Shown here: positions 1-7,198 of the stretch, one piece after another
Layout: the number at the start of each line of letters is the position of its first letter
Numbering within the stretch: position 1 is the first letter of the stretch
NCBI GenBank assembly: GCA_038321985.1
Contig: JBBQFN010000059.1
Location: forward strand, 1-11,866
Reading direction: 5' to 3'
DNA from: Cyanophyceae cyanobacterium
Lineage (GTDB): Bacteria > Cyanobacteriota > Cyanobacteriia > Cyanobacteriales > Laspinemataceae
Length of the DNA: 11,866 nt
Position numbers and translations under genes: made by a program
The notes under the pieces: model-generated
Database searches by the model: none
What the model saw: only the letters and a program-made list of their open reading frames with translations
Told to the model about the DNA's origin: nothing

Positions 1-309
1 TGCGTAGAGAGAAAGCATCACGATGTAACTCAGCCACAGCAATAGGTTCATTCCCCCCGTAAAAATGCCTGTGCCAAAGGCTTTGTTTAAGAAGGTGACG
101 GTTCCGCCGCGACTGGGGAAAGCGATCGAGAGTTGGACGTAGGCATAGGTCGTGAGTAAGGCAATCGTTCCGGCGATCGCAAATGCTAACGGTGCGCCTC
201 CTTGGGCTAACTGCACCGACAATCCCAAAACGGCGAAGATGCCGCCACCCACCATGCCACCGATGCCGACGGCAACCACTGACCAAAATCCCATGTTGCG
301 CTCTGCCAT
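1..309 (-). CDS. APC-family (amino acid-polyamine-organocation) permease, N-terminal 103 aa, running off the left edge
   Basis: Manual minus-strand translation from ATG at 309: MAERNMGFWSVVAVGIGGMVGGGIFAVLGLSVQLAQGGAPLAFAIAGTIALLTTYAYVQLSIAFPSRGGTVTFLNKAFG... It has the APC TM1 motif (GxMVGGGIF) and a YxxLSxAFPxxGG motif, with no stop to position 1. An AAGAGG SD-like sequence lies upstream. Confidence 0.9.
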   Translation of the reverse strand, partial: MAERNMGFWSVVAVGIGGMVGGGIFAVLGLSVQLAQGGAPLAFAIAGTIALLTTYAYVQLSIAFPSRGGTVTFLNKAFGTGIFTGGMNLLLWLSYIVMLSLYA

Positions 310-594
310 TGTTAACGTGCCTCTTATAGTTTCTACAGGCGATCACGCTTTTCCCCAGCGATTCACTTCCTTCCTTAAAAACGATAGTGATAAAAGTAAA
401 TCCAGCCAGATAGCCAATGCGCGCAATTAGTTTGTGAACGTGGTAACGGCTGTCAAAATCTTTGAGATAACGAGTTAGTGAATGCTGAAATCACTTGCTC
501 AAAAAACTCAAAAAACTAATAGCCAGAATGCTAATAATTGCAAGCGTTAACTTGGTTAACGTCGGATCGGCTAACCAAAAATTAATCAATTTAA

Positions 595-1929
595 TTAAGC
601 TTGACCTATCGCTTTTACCGCAGTAAGATACCGCTCCTTCACATTTTTGTAGTCTAACTCCTCCGCAATTTCTTCCTGGCTACCGCGTTCAATCATCTCA
701 GCATGACGTTGGAGTGTGGCTCGGTCTTGTGCTCGGTGAGTAAAGGGCGCGATCGCCGCGATCGCCTCTAACAACCGCATTGTGACCGCGACACTCGACT
801 TTCCATACTGCCGAATCTGGTTGAAGGCAGTATCCGTTGCACCCGCAAACGAGATTGGTTCAGCGATGATCCGAAGCTGGTTGTGGTCATCGTAGCGGTA
901 GGGAGAAGGAATTTCTCTTTCGGCTAAATGACAAAGGGCAGCGCTCAGTTGATCGATGCAGCGGATGGCAGTAAACGGATCGTTAATGCCTGGAGAAAGG
1001 GCGCGTATTGCAATCTCAACCAGTTGGTCGAGGGGAAACTCCACATCTTGCTGCTCTGTGCGCTGTGAACCGAGAACAAAGGCATTATTGATCTGGACTG
1101 CAAGCTTTTTGGTTACATTTTCTTCAGGAAAGACCTGTACAAGTTCACTTCCTTTCACCACAAAGCGACCAGGGCGCTGCTGAATCCGCAATAACAGATT
1201 ATTCTTTGTCGCAATTTGCATCAGTTTGTCCTCATCAATCGCTTGAATGTAGCCACTGGCGGTAGTCTTAATGGGATAGGCAAGTCGATCAAAGTCAGCA
1301 GGAATAGCGGCTAGGCTCTCCTCCTCTGGATGCTTTGATGTATTCCGTCCAATTCTTTCAGGAAAGAGCCGATCGATCGCAACATCAAGATCAGACCCCA
1401 CTTGTTTTATGATCTGATCGACCTGAATTGATGAGGCTGAATGATGAATAAAGTAAATCAATACGCCAACACTGGTGATCGCCAAGCCAAGGCCGATGGT
1501 CACTGCCAGGTGAGGGACAAACTCATCTTTTTCCACCCCATTGATCGTTCGCAGCACCATCAAGCTATACACAAACGTGGAAATGAAAGTTCCCAGTACA
1601 ATTTGGTTGCCCGTGTCTTGCATAAAGCTCCGCAGTAAGCGCGGCCCAAACTGGGAAGAGGCAAGCTGAAGTGCCACGATTGTAATAGAAAAGGCAGTGG
1701 TAGCAACAGTCACCATTGAACCCGAGATCGCAGAAAGAATGGCGCGTGAACCACTAGGCCCTAGAGAATAAACCCAGTCTATTCTTTGGACAATAGTGGC
1801 TTCTTGGCTGTGGTCAATCCAGATGGTAATAAAGGAAAGGGCGATCGCCAGCAACACCATCAGGGTGGGCACAAACCAGAAACTGGAATGTAATGAGTCC
1901 CACAGTTTAGCTAACTTAGCGTATTTCAT
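595..1929 (-). CDS. DUF2254-family predicted membrane protein
   Basis: 444-aa ORF with N-terminal TM helices and family motifs SFWFVP, FSITIVALQLASSQFGPRLLRSF, LIYFIHH, SGYIQAID, RTEQQDVEF and EIAIRALSPGINDPFTA. Confidence 0.9.
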   Translation of the reverse strand: MKYAKLAKLWDSLHSSFWFVPTLMVLLAIALSFITIWIDHSQEATIVQRIDWVYSLGPSGSRAILSAISGSMVTVATTAFSITIVALQLASSQFGPRLLRSFMQDTGNQIVLGTFISTFVYSLMVLRTINGVEKDEFVPHLAVTIGLGLAITSVGVLIYFIHHSASSIQVDQIIKQVGSDLDVAIDRLFPERIGRNTSKHPEEESLAAIPADFDRLAYPIKTTASGYIQAIDEDKLMQIATKNNLLLRIQQRPGRFVVKGSELVQVFPEENVTKKLAVQINNAFVLGSQRTEQQDVEFPLDQLVEIAIRALSPGINDPFTAIRCIDQLSAALCHLAEREIPSPYRYDDHNQLRIIAEPISFAGATDTAFNQIRQYGKSSVAVTMRLLEAIAAIAPFTHRAQDRATLQRHAEMIERGSQEEIAEELDYKNVKERYLTAVKAIGQA

Positions 1930-1933
1930 CGAT

Positions 1934-1942
1934 AGTATAGCA
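1934..1942 (-). promoter_or_regulatory. Putative extended -10 element (TGcTATACT) directly upstream of the DUF2254 start codon
   Basis: Minus strand reads TGCTATACT-ATCG-ATG. No SD sequence is visible. Confidence 0.4.
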
Positions 1943-1958
1943 ACCGCTTTCAGCGGTT
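1942..1958. other. Perfect 7-bp inverted repeat AACCGCT-ttc-AGCGGTT (hairpin or operator)
   Basis: Seen directly, between the small ORF stop and the DUF2254 start. Confidence 0.55.
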
Positions 1959-1976
1959 AGGGGCTAGGGGCTAGGG
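1958..1976. repeat. STRR-like heptamer tandem repeat (TAGGGGC) x2.7
   Basis: TAGGGGC TAGGGGC TAGGG. Heptamer repeats are common in intergenic DNA of filamentous cyanobacteria. Confidence 0.7.
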
Positions 1977-2243
1977 CGTCGGGAAAGAAGGGGAAGAAGG
2001 GAATAGAATAAACTGGGTGTAAATGATGCCAGCTACTACAAGGCGAGTAAACCATTGGCGATCGCTTAAACGCACCATAAACAGCACCTTAGTAATGGTT
2101 TCAGGTAAGCTGGGATGGCCTGGGCGCAGCCTCTGCTCAGGAGTCCAGAACTCTCTTGATTGAAGACAGTACCGACGTCCTCTCCATTCTGTAATTATCT
2201 CATAACCAGATTGAGGCCAATCTAAATCCATCCTAAAATCCAT
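1971..2243 (-). CDS. Small hypothetical protein (about 90 aa; start at GTG 2249, ATG 2243 or ATG 2231)
   Basis: Fills an otherwise empty 500-bp gap, overlaps no other gene, is co-oriented with DUF2254, has a protein-like Trp/Arg-rich sequence and is followed by heptamer repeats and a hairpin. No family recognised. Confidence 0.5.
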   Translation of the reverse strand: MDFRMDLDWPQSGYEIITEWRGRRYCLQSREFWTPEQRLRPGHPSLPETITKVLFMVRLSDRQWFTRLVVAGIIYTQFILFPSSPSFPTP

Positions 2244-2282
2244 TGACACCGAATCCGGGCAGGAGTCCCCCGCGAAAAATGT

Positions 2283-2311
2283 TTAGAACTGGGAAGGCGA
2301 TCGCCTATAAT
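2283..2311 (+). promoter_or_regulatory. Putative sigma70-type promoter of the DASS-USP pair
   Basis: Perfect TATAAT at 2306-2311, with a weak -35 TTAGAA at 2283-2288 and a 17-bp spacer. A HIP1 site lies in the spacer. Confidence 0.5.
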
Positions 2312-2434
2312 AGCCTGAATGTGTCTAAAATCCCCCATTCTTACTAATCAAGCCTTCTGGATTGTCCGCGCCAACTGCCGGCGGGCTTAACCCATTCCCA
2401 CCCTAACCGCGCTTCACCGCTTTTAACACCAAAT

Positions 2435-3877
2435 ATGGGCCTAAAACAGTATTTTGGGTTTATCTCAGAGCGCATCAGCGCCTTCTTGCAACGATCAAAA
2501 CTCTTTCAGCATCGCTGGATCGGCTATTTAATCGCCATTGGGATTTATGTCGGCATTTTGCTGCTACCGCTTCCGGGGTTTGAACCCAATGCACAACGTG
2601 CCTTCGCTGTATTTGGCTTGGCCGCCTTTTCCTGGGGGTCAACCCTTCTCCCCCTGCCGGTTACGGCGATTGTCGTCCTGTTCTTACTGCCGTTTAGTGG
2701 GGCGATTTCGGCCCAGGAAACTTATGCTTATTTTGGCAACCGGGCCGTGTTTTTCATTCTCGGTGCCTTCATTCTCGCCAGTCCGATTATGCGATCGGGA
2801 CTCAGTACCCGGATTGCCCTAGGGGTAGTCTCCCGATGTGGAAACAGCCAGCGACAGATTCTCGCGGCCATTTTAGGACTCGCTGCCCTGATGTCCTGTT
2901 TTATCAGTGCTCATGCGGTTGCTGCCATGTTATTTCCCATTGTCCTAGAGGTGGTCCGCGCAGCGGGGGCCAAACCCGGAAAAGGCTTTGGGGTCGCCGC
3001 ATTTTTATCTCTAGCCTGGGGAGTGGTGATTGGCTCAAACACAACGCTTTTAGGGGGTGCCCGGGGGCCTTTAGCCTTGGGGATTCTCCAAAATACAACG
3101 GGTCAAACTATTTCCTTTGCAGATTGGACTCTGTTTGTTGCCCCGATTGTGTTGGTGCTCCTGCCGATCGCCTTTTTCGTGTTACAGGGAGTCGGACAAA
3201 CGGAAGAAGTCTCCCTGAAAAACGCCCGACGGTTCCTAGAAAAGCGGAATCAGCAACTTGGGAAAATCTCTCGTCGAGAAATCGTAACCGCCGGAATCTT
3301 GATCCTGACCATTATCTTGTGGATGACCCTCGGGGATCAGTGGGGTTTAGATGCGATCGCCTTGTTGGGGGTCATCTTAACGTTTATTCTGGGAGTGGCA
3401 AATTGGCAGGAGGTTGAAGAAGATGTGAATTGGGGAATTTTTGTGATGTACGGCAGTGCGATCGCTCTTTCTGCGGCACTTAATGATACGGGCGCAGCTG
3501 CGGCCCTCACTCAGTTACTCTTGGGTTCGGGAATAGAATCTCCGGTGATCATCTTCGCCGCCGTCACCATTATCGCATTAGCCATGACTGAATTTATGAG
3601 CAATGCTGCCGCCGTAGCCGTGATTCTGCCCGTGGCCCTAGCCCTGGCCCAAAAATACGGAATCGAACCCCGTGCCATGACCCTAGGGGTCGTGATTCCA
3701 GCCGGTTTAGGGTTTATGCTGCCTGTGAGTACCCCCGCCTTGGCGATCGCCGTCAGTAGCGGCTATGTGCATCCTCTAGCCGTCCTCCGCTGGGGAGTTT
3801 GGTTAGATATTATCTCCGTGATTGTGTTCCTTGGCATTCGCCAATTTTATTGGCCGTTAGTGGGATTAAGTGGGTAA
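2435..3877 (+). CDS. DASS/SLC13-family (divalent anion:Na+ symporter-like) transporter
   Basis: 480-aa highly hydrophobic ORF with DASS-like segments LPLPVTA, FFILGAFILA..MRSGLSTRIAL, WQEVEEDVNWG..MYGSAIALSAALNDTGAA, MTEFMSNAAAVA and GFMLPVSTP. Confidence 0.88.
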   Translation: MGLKQYFGFISERISAFLQRSKLFQHRWIGYLIAIGIYVGILLLPLPGFEPNAQRAFAVFGLAAFSWGSTLLPLPVTAIVVLFLLPFSGAISAQETYAYFGNRAVFFILGAFILASPIMRSGLSTRIALGVVSRCGNSQRQILAAILGLAALMSCFISAHAVAAMLFPIVLEVVRAAGAKPGKGFGVAAFLSLAWGVVIGSNTTLLGGARGPLALGILQNTTGQTISFADWTLFVAPIVLVLLPIAFFVLQGVGQTEEVSLKNARRFLEKRNQQLGKISRREIVTAGILILTIILWMTLGDQWGLDAIALLGVILTFILGVANWQEVEEDVNWGIFVMYGSAIALSAALNDTGAAAALTQLLLGSGIESPVIIFAAVTIIALAMTEFMSNAAAVAVILPVALALAQKYGIEPRAMTLGVVIPAGLGFMLPVSTPALAIAVSSGYVHPLAVLRWGVWLDIISVIVFLGIRQFYWPLVGLSG

Positions 3878-3878
3878 T

Positions 3879-4310
3879 ATGGCAGAAATTTTGCTCGTGT
3901 TGACCAACCCTTATGGGTATGAAAAAGCCCTTAATCTAGCCTTTGACCAAGCCGAACCAGGGCATACCCCCTTGACGGTTACCTTTGCCATCGACCCCGA
4001 GGCGATCGACGACCTGATGAGGGACTTGGGAGAAAATGGTTGGTTGGGGATTGGGTCCCGACGCAGCCTACAGATATCTATGTTAGAAGGGTATCGCGCC
4101 TTGGCAACCGACATTTTAGAGGAAGTGTCCCGCCGTGCCGCTGCGATCGCCATTCCGGTAAAAACCGAAGTCAACGAGGATGGAATCCGGAACTATCTCA
4201 GAGGATTATCCAGCCCAGGACCGCAGAAAATTTTGGTCAGTGGTTCCCATGCCCTTGCTCCCTTGATCCAAACCCTAGAGTGCGCCGTAGAATGGATTCC
4301 AGAAGATTAA
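3879..4310 (+). CDS. Universal-stress-protein (UspA)-fold protein, divergent
   Basis: ATG at 3879 lies 1 nt after the transporter TAA and is preferred over GTG 3870. The pattern is USP-like: EILLVL...EKALNLAFDQA...LTVTFAID...ILEEVSRRAAAIAIPVKTEV...KILVSGS...LIQTLECAVEWI. Confidence 0.7.
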   Translation: MAEILLVLTNPYGYEKALNLAFDQAEPGHTPLTVTFAIDPEAIDDLMRDLGENGWLGIGSRRSLQISMLEGYRALATDILEEVSRRAAAIAIPVKTEVNEDGIRNYLRGLSSPGPQKILVSGSHALAPLIQTLECAVEWIPED

Positions 4311-4358
4311 CCCCTCAATCAGTGTGGCGATCGCCTCGGTAACCCCCGAATGACCGAT

Positions 4359-4387
4359 TTAACAGGGGCGACAAATTTCTGTACAAT
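4359..4387 (+). promoter_or_regulatory. Putative sigma70 promoter of cysC
   Basis: TTAACA (4359-4364), 17-bp spacer, TACAAT (4382-4387). SD-like GGAG at 4439-4442 before ATG 4453. Confidence 0.6.
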
Positions 4388-4452
4388 CAAAAAGCCTTTT
4401 CGGGTGCTTGAGAAACAATAGTTCATTGCACAATATCTGGAGTTAATTCAAA

Positions 4453-4989
4453 ATGGAACAGCGTGGTGTCACGGTGTGGTTTACAGGTTTGAGCGGTGCA
4501 GGCAAGACCACCATTAGCCAGGGAGTTGAGAAAGAACTGCGATCGCGCGGATATCAACTCGAAGTTCTAGATGGAGATATTGTTCGGCAAAACCTCACGA
4601 AGGGGCTGGGTTTTAGTAAAGAAGACCGCGATGAAAACATTCGTCGCATCGGTTTTGTTTCTCATTTGTTAACCCGCAATGGGGTCATCGTTTTGGTGTC
4701 TGCCATCGCCCCCTACCGTGAAATCCGCGAAGAAGTCCGCCATCGGATTGAGGACTTCGTTCAGGTTTACGTCAATGCTCCTCTAGAAGTCTGCGAAGAA
4801 CGCGACGTCAAGGGGCTTTACAAAAAAGCTCGTGCCGGGGAAATTAAAAACTTTACGGGTATTGATGACCCGTATGAGGCTCCCCTCCAACCGGATATTG
4901 AATGTTCCACCCAAGAAGAAAGCGAGTCAGAAAGTATCGCTAAGGTGCTGCAATATCTGAAAGATAAGGGTTATATTACCCAAGTTTAA
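4453..4989 (+). CDS. cysC: Adenylyl-sulfate (APS) kinase
   Basis: VWFTGLSGAGKTT P-loop, LDGDIVRQNL..GLGFSKEDRDENIRRIG, RDVKGLYKKARAGEIKNFTGIDDPYEAP. Confidence 0.97.
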   Translation: MEQRGVTVWFTGLSGAGKTTISQGVEKELRSRGYQLEVLDGDIVRQNLTKGLGFSKEDRDENIRRIGFVSHLLTRNGVIVLVSAIAPYREIREEVRHRIEDFVQVYVNAPLEVCEERDVKGLYKKARAGEIKNFTGIDDPYEAPLQPDIECSTQEESESESIAKVLQYLKDKGYITQV

Positions 4990-5030
4990 ACTGGCACAGA
5001 CACTGCATCTCTAATTCTCACTCCCCTCAT

Positions 5031-5076
5031 AACTGAGAACCGAACGTTATAAGTGCTCGGTTCGGTTTTCAGTTTT
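5031..5076 (+). terminator. Probable intrinsic terminator or 3' stem-loop of cysC
   Basis: 15-bp stem AACTGAGAACCGAAC (5031-5045) / GTTCGGTTTTCAGTT (5060-5074) with one G-U pair, ending in a short T run. Confidence 0.65.
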
Positions 5077-5164
5077 CGGTGGAGGATTAGCTTGGGAATC
5101 GTCTGTCTCTTTTCTCAAACTTAACAAAGTTGGCAACCCAAAAAGCCCTCGTTTAAAAGCGCCA

Positions 5165-5192
5165 CACAACGGCGGGGGTTCAAATCCCCCCG
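5165..5192. repeat. REP-like hairpin with a tRNA T-arm-like core (GGGGG-TTCAAAT-CCCCC)
   Basis: Hairpin at 5174-5190. No D-arm or anticodon arm could be folded upstream. Confidence 0.45.
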
Positions 5193-5329
5193 GGTGTCGA
5201 TTGTCTCAAAGCAACGAGCTTGATCTGCAAGTCAGACATTCAGTCTTCATGATGGGAACGCTACAATTGAATATATCTTAATTTTCTCTTCCATCTTCCT
5301 CTGTCGCCAGTTTAAGCTCAAGTTTAACA

Positions 5330-5791
5330 ATGTTAATGTTACTGTTTCATGTGGGGAATGACCGTTACGCCCTGGCCTGTTCCCAGGTTGTAGAAGTTAT
5401 TCCCCTTATCGAGTTGAGAAAACTACACCACGCGCCGGAATATGTGGCGGGATTGTTTAATTACCGAGGTAGCATTGTTCCCGTTCTCGATTTGTGTAAT
5501 TTGATTCAAGGAAGTTGCTGTCGCCACTGCTTAAGCACTCGCATTATTTTGGTTAATTATCAAAACAGGAACCAGAATTCCCGACTTATGGGGTTAATGG
5601 CTGAACGAGTGACCGATACGGTGAAGGTTCCCGAATCTCAATTTATAGAACCCGGTATCCACTTGGATCACGCGGCCTATTTGGGAAAAATTATTATGGA
5701 TGAAGAAGGGACAATCCAGCGGTTGCGCTTAGAGTATTTACTCTCAGAGCAAGCCCAAGCATTCCTGTTGCCAAGTGCGGAGATTGAATAG
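5330..5791 (+). CDS. cheW: CheW scaffold protein, WspB-like
   Basis: LLFHVGNDRYAL...VVEVIP...APEYVAGLFNYRGSIVPVLDL...LSTRIILV...GLMAERVTD. Confidence 0.92.
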   Translation: MLMLLFHVGNDRYALACSQVVEVIPLIELRKLHHAPEYVAGLFNYRGSIVPVLDLCNLIQGSCCRHCLSTRIILVNYQNRNQNSRLMGLMAERVTDTVKVPESQFIEPGIHLDHAAYLGKIIMDEEGTIQRLRLEYLLSEQAQAFLLPSAEIE

Positions 5792-5793
5792 CA

Positions 5794-7116
5794 ATGGTTT
5801 GGGAAGAGATTGAGGAAAAACTCAGAAACACCATCGGATTGGACCCGAAAACCCTCGGCTCAAATGCGATCGCCAAAGCAGTTCGAGAGCGAATGCAAAT
5901 TTGTGGGGTTGAAAATGTAGCGAATTACCTCAATGTATGGCTCTGTTCTCCTCAAGAATTACAGGCGCTAATTGAAGAAATAATTGTGTCAGAAACTTGG
6001 TTTTTTCGGGAGCCTGAATCCTTTGAGTTTCTCCGGCGTTACGTTCTTTTTGAGTGGTTACCCAATCATCCCCAAGGTATCCTGCGCCTATTAAGTATTC
6101 CCTGTTCAACGGGAGAAGAACCCTATTCCCTCTCGATGATGCTTTTAGATGCAGGTTTAGCGCCAAATACTTTTGTGATTGATGCCGTTGATGTCAGTAA
6201 AGAAGCTAAAACTAAAGCCGAAGAGGGTCTCTATCGACAGCATTCGTTTCGCAGCAAAAATATCAGTTTTCGCCACCGCTATTTCCACGAAACCCCCAAG
6301 GGTTATCAACTTTACTCTTCCGTAAAGAAGACGGTAAATTTTTTCCAAGGAAATCTACTAGAACCCTTTTTTTTATACGGAAAACCCCCTTACGATATCA
6401 TATTTTTCCGCAATTTATTAATTTATCTAGACTCAGCTGCCCGAGATCGCGCCCTGCAAGTATTAGATCGATTATTATCTCCCTCCGGGCTAATATTTGT
6501 GGGGTCTGCCGAAGCTGGAGCGCTGATTGAAAAGCGATTTATCTCCCTGCGCCATTCCATGACCTTTGCTTACCGTAAGCGGGAAAAAAGCGACGGAAAA
6601 GCTCGCTTTGAGGTCCCCCCATCAGACCCGACCCACTCTAGATCCGGAGTTTCTCAGTGTACTGTCCCTCGACAGAAGCCGCGATTACCCACTCTACCGG
6701 GACCCGTCCATTCTTCGGAACCAGCCCCAGAAGCAGTAAGAGAATATTTTCAACCTTTCACGGGGATCTCCCCTATTGCGCCCCCCCCTCCGAGTCAACC
6801 CTCCGAGTCAACCCTCGATCAGGCGAGGCAGCTTGCTGATCTCGGACAGTTGAATGAAGCAGCCCACCTATGCGAAACTTACCTGAGTCAACATCGGACC
6901 CATGCGAATGCTTATGTTTTGTTAGGTGAAATACTCCAAAGTGCGGGACAAGAGGAGCAAGCCGAAAAATGTTTTCAGAAAGCAGTTTACCTCGAGCCCC
7001 AGCACTATGATGCCTTGATGCATCTTGTTTTACTCAAAGAATATCAGGGGGATTTCACCAACGCTTCAGCTCTTCGGCAGCGGATCCAAAGACTGCTAAA
7101 ATCTCAAGGTGAATAA
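5794..7116 (+). CDS. cheR: CheR-type methyltransferase with Pro-rich linker and C-terminal TPR, WspC-like
   Basis: VSETWFFRE, LSIPCSTGEEPYS, IDAVDVS and YDIIFFRNLLIY motifs. TPR-like C-terminus (ARQLADLG...AYVLLGEI...FQKAVYLEPQHYDALMHL). Starts 2 nt after the cheW stop. Confidence 0.92.
   Translation: MVWEEIEEKLRNTIGLDPKTLGSNAIAKAVRERMQICGVENVANYLNVWLCSPQELQALIEEIIVSETWFFREPESFEFLRRYVLFEWLPNHPQGILRLLSIPCSTGEEPYSLSMMLLDAGLAPNTFVIDAVDVSKEAKTKAEEGLYRQHSFRSKNISFRHRYFHETPKGYQLYSSVKKTVNFFQGNLLEPFFLYGKPPYDIIFFRNLLIYLDSAARDRALQVLDRLLSPSGLIFVGSAEAGALIEKRFISLRHSMTFAYRKREKSDGKARFEVPPSDPTHSRSGVSQCTVPRQKPRLPTLPGPVHSSEPAPEAVREYFQPFTGISPIAPPPPSQPSESTLDQARQLADLGQLNEAAHLCETYLSQHRTHANAYVLLGEILQSAGQEEQAEKCFQKAVYLEPQHYDALMHLVLLKEYQGDFTNASALRQRIQRLLKSQGE
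6781..6816 (+). repeat. C8 homopolymer overlapping a 13-bp tandem repeat (CCCTCCGAGTCAA) x2.4 within the cheR linker
   Basis: C8 at 6781-6788. Repeat units at 6786-6798 and 6799-6811, with a partial unit at 6812-6816. Confidence 0.85.
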
Positions 7117-7158
7117 AATTCTTTTATGGGGTGGTTAGGGATTAACGGGCAACGCCAA

Positions 7159-7182
7159 ACTATATCGACACTATATCGACAC
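7159..7182. repeat. 11-bp tandem direct repeat (ACTATATCGAC) x2 upstream of the MCP RBS
   Basis: Units at 7159-7169 and 7170-7180, followed by AC. Confidence 0.85.
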
Positions 7183-7198
7183 CAGAGGAAAAAAAAGG

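Noticed and set aside
113..358. Imperfect long-range inverted repeat between the permease 5' region (340-358) and its CDS (113-128)
   Set aside because: About 16 bp with two bulges, partly explained by HIP1-like sequence, so probably chance.
152..430. 92-aa + strand ORF
   Set aside because: Antisense shadow of the APC permease encoded on the minus strand.
434..447. NtcA box-like GTG-N8-AAC
   Set aside because: Both half-sites mismatch GTA-N8-TAC.
498..561. (CTCAAAAAA) x2 at 498-515 and palindrome CGTTAAC-ttg-GTTAACG at 545-561
   Set aside because: Short, low-complexity patterns in AT-rich DNA with no assignable function.
310..594. c-di-AMP (ydaO) or other riboswitch upstream of the APC permease
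   Set aside because: The conserved ydaO blocks were not seen on the minus strand by eye. An Rfam scan would be needed to exclude it fully.
2250..2434. Cobalamin- or ion-riboswitch-like fragments upstream of the DASS gene
   Set aside because: Only fragmentary resemblance. No consistent conserved core could be folded.
5120..5200. Complete tRNA gene
   Set aside because: Only a T-arm-like hairpin is present. No D-arm, anticodon arm or clean acceptor stem was found.
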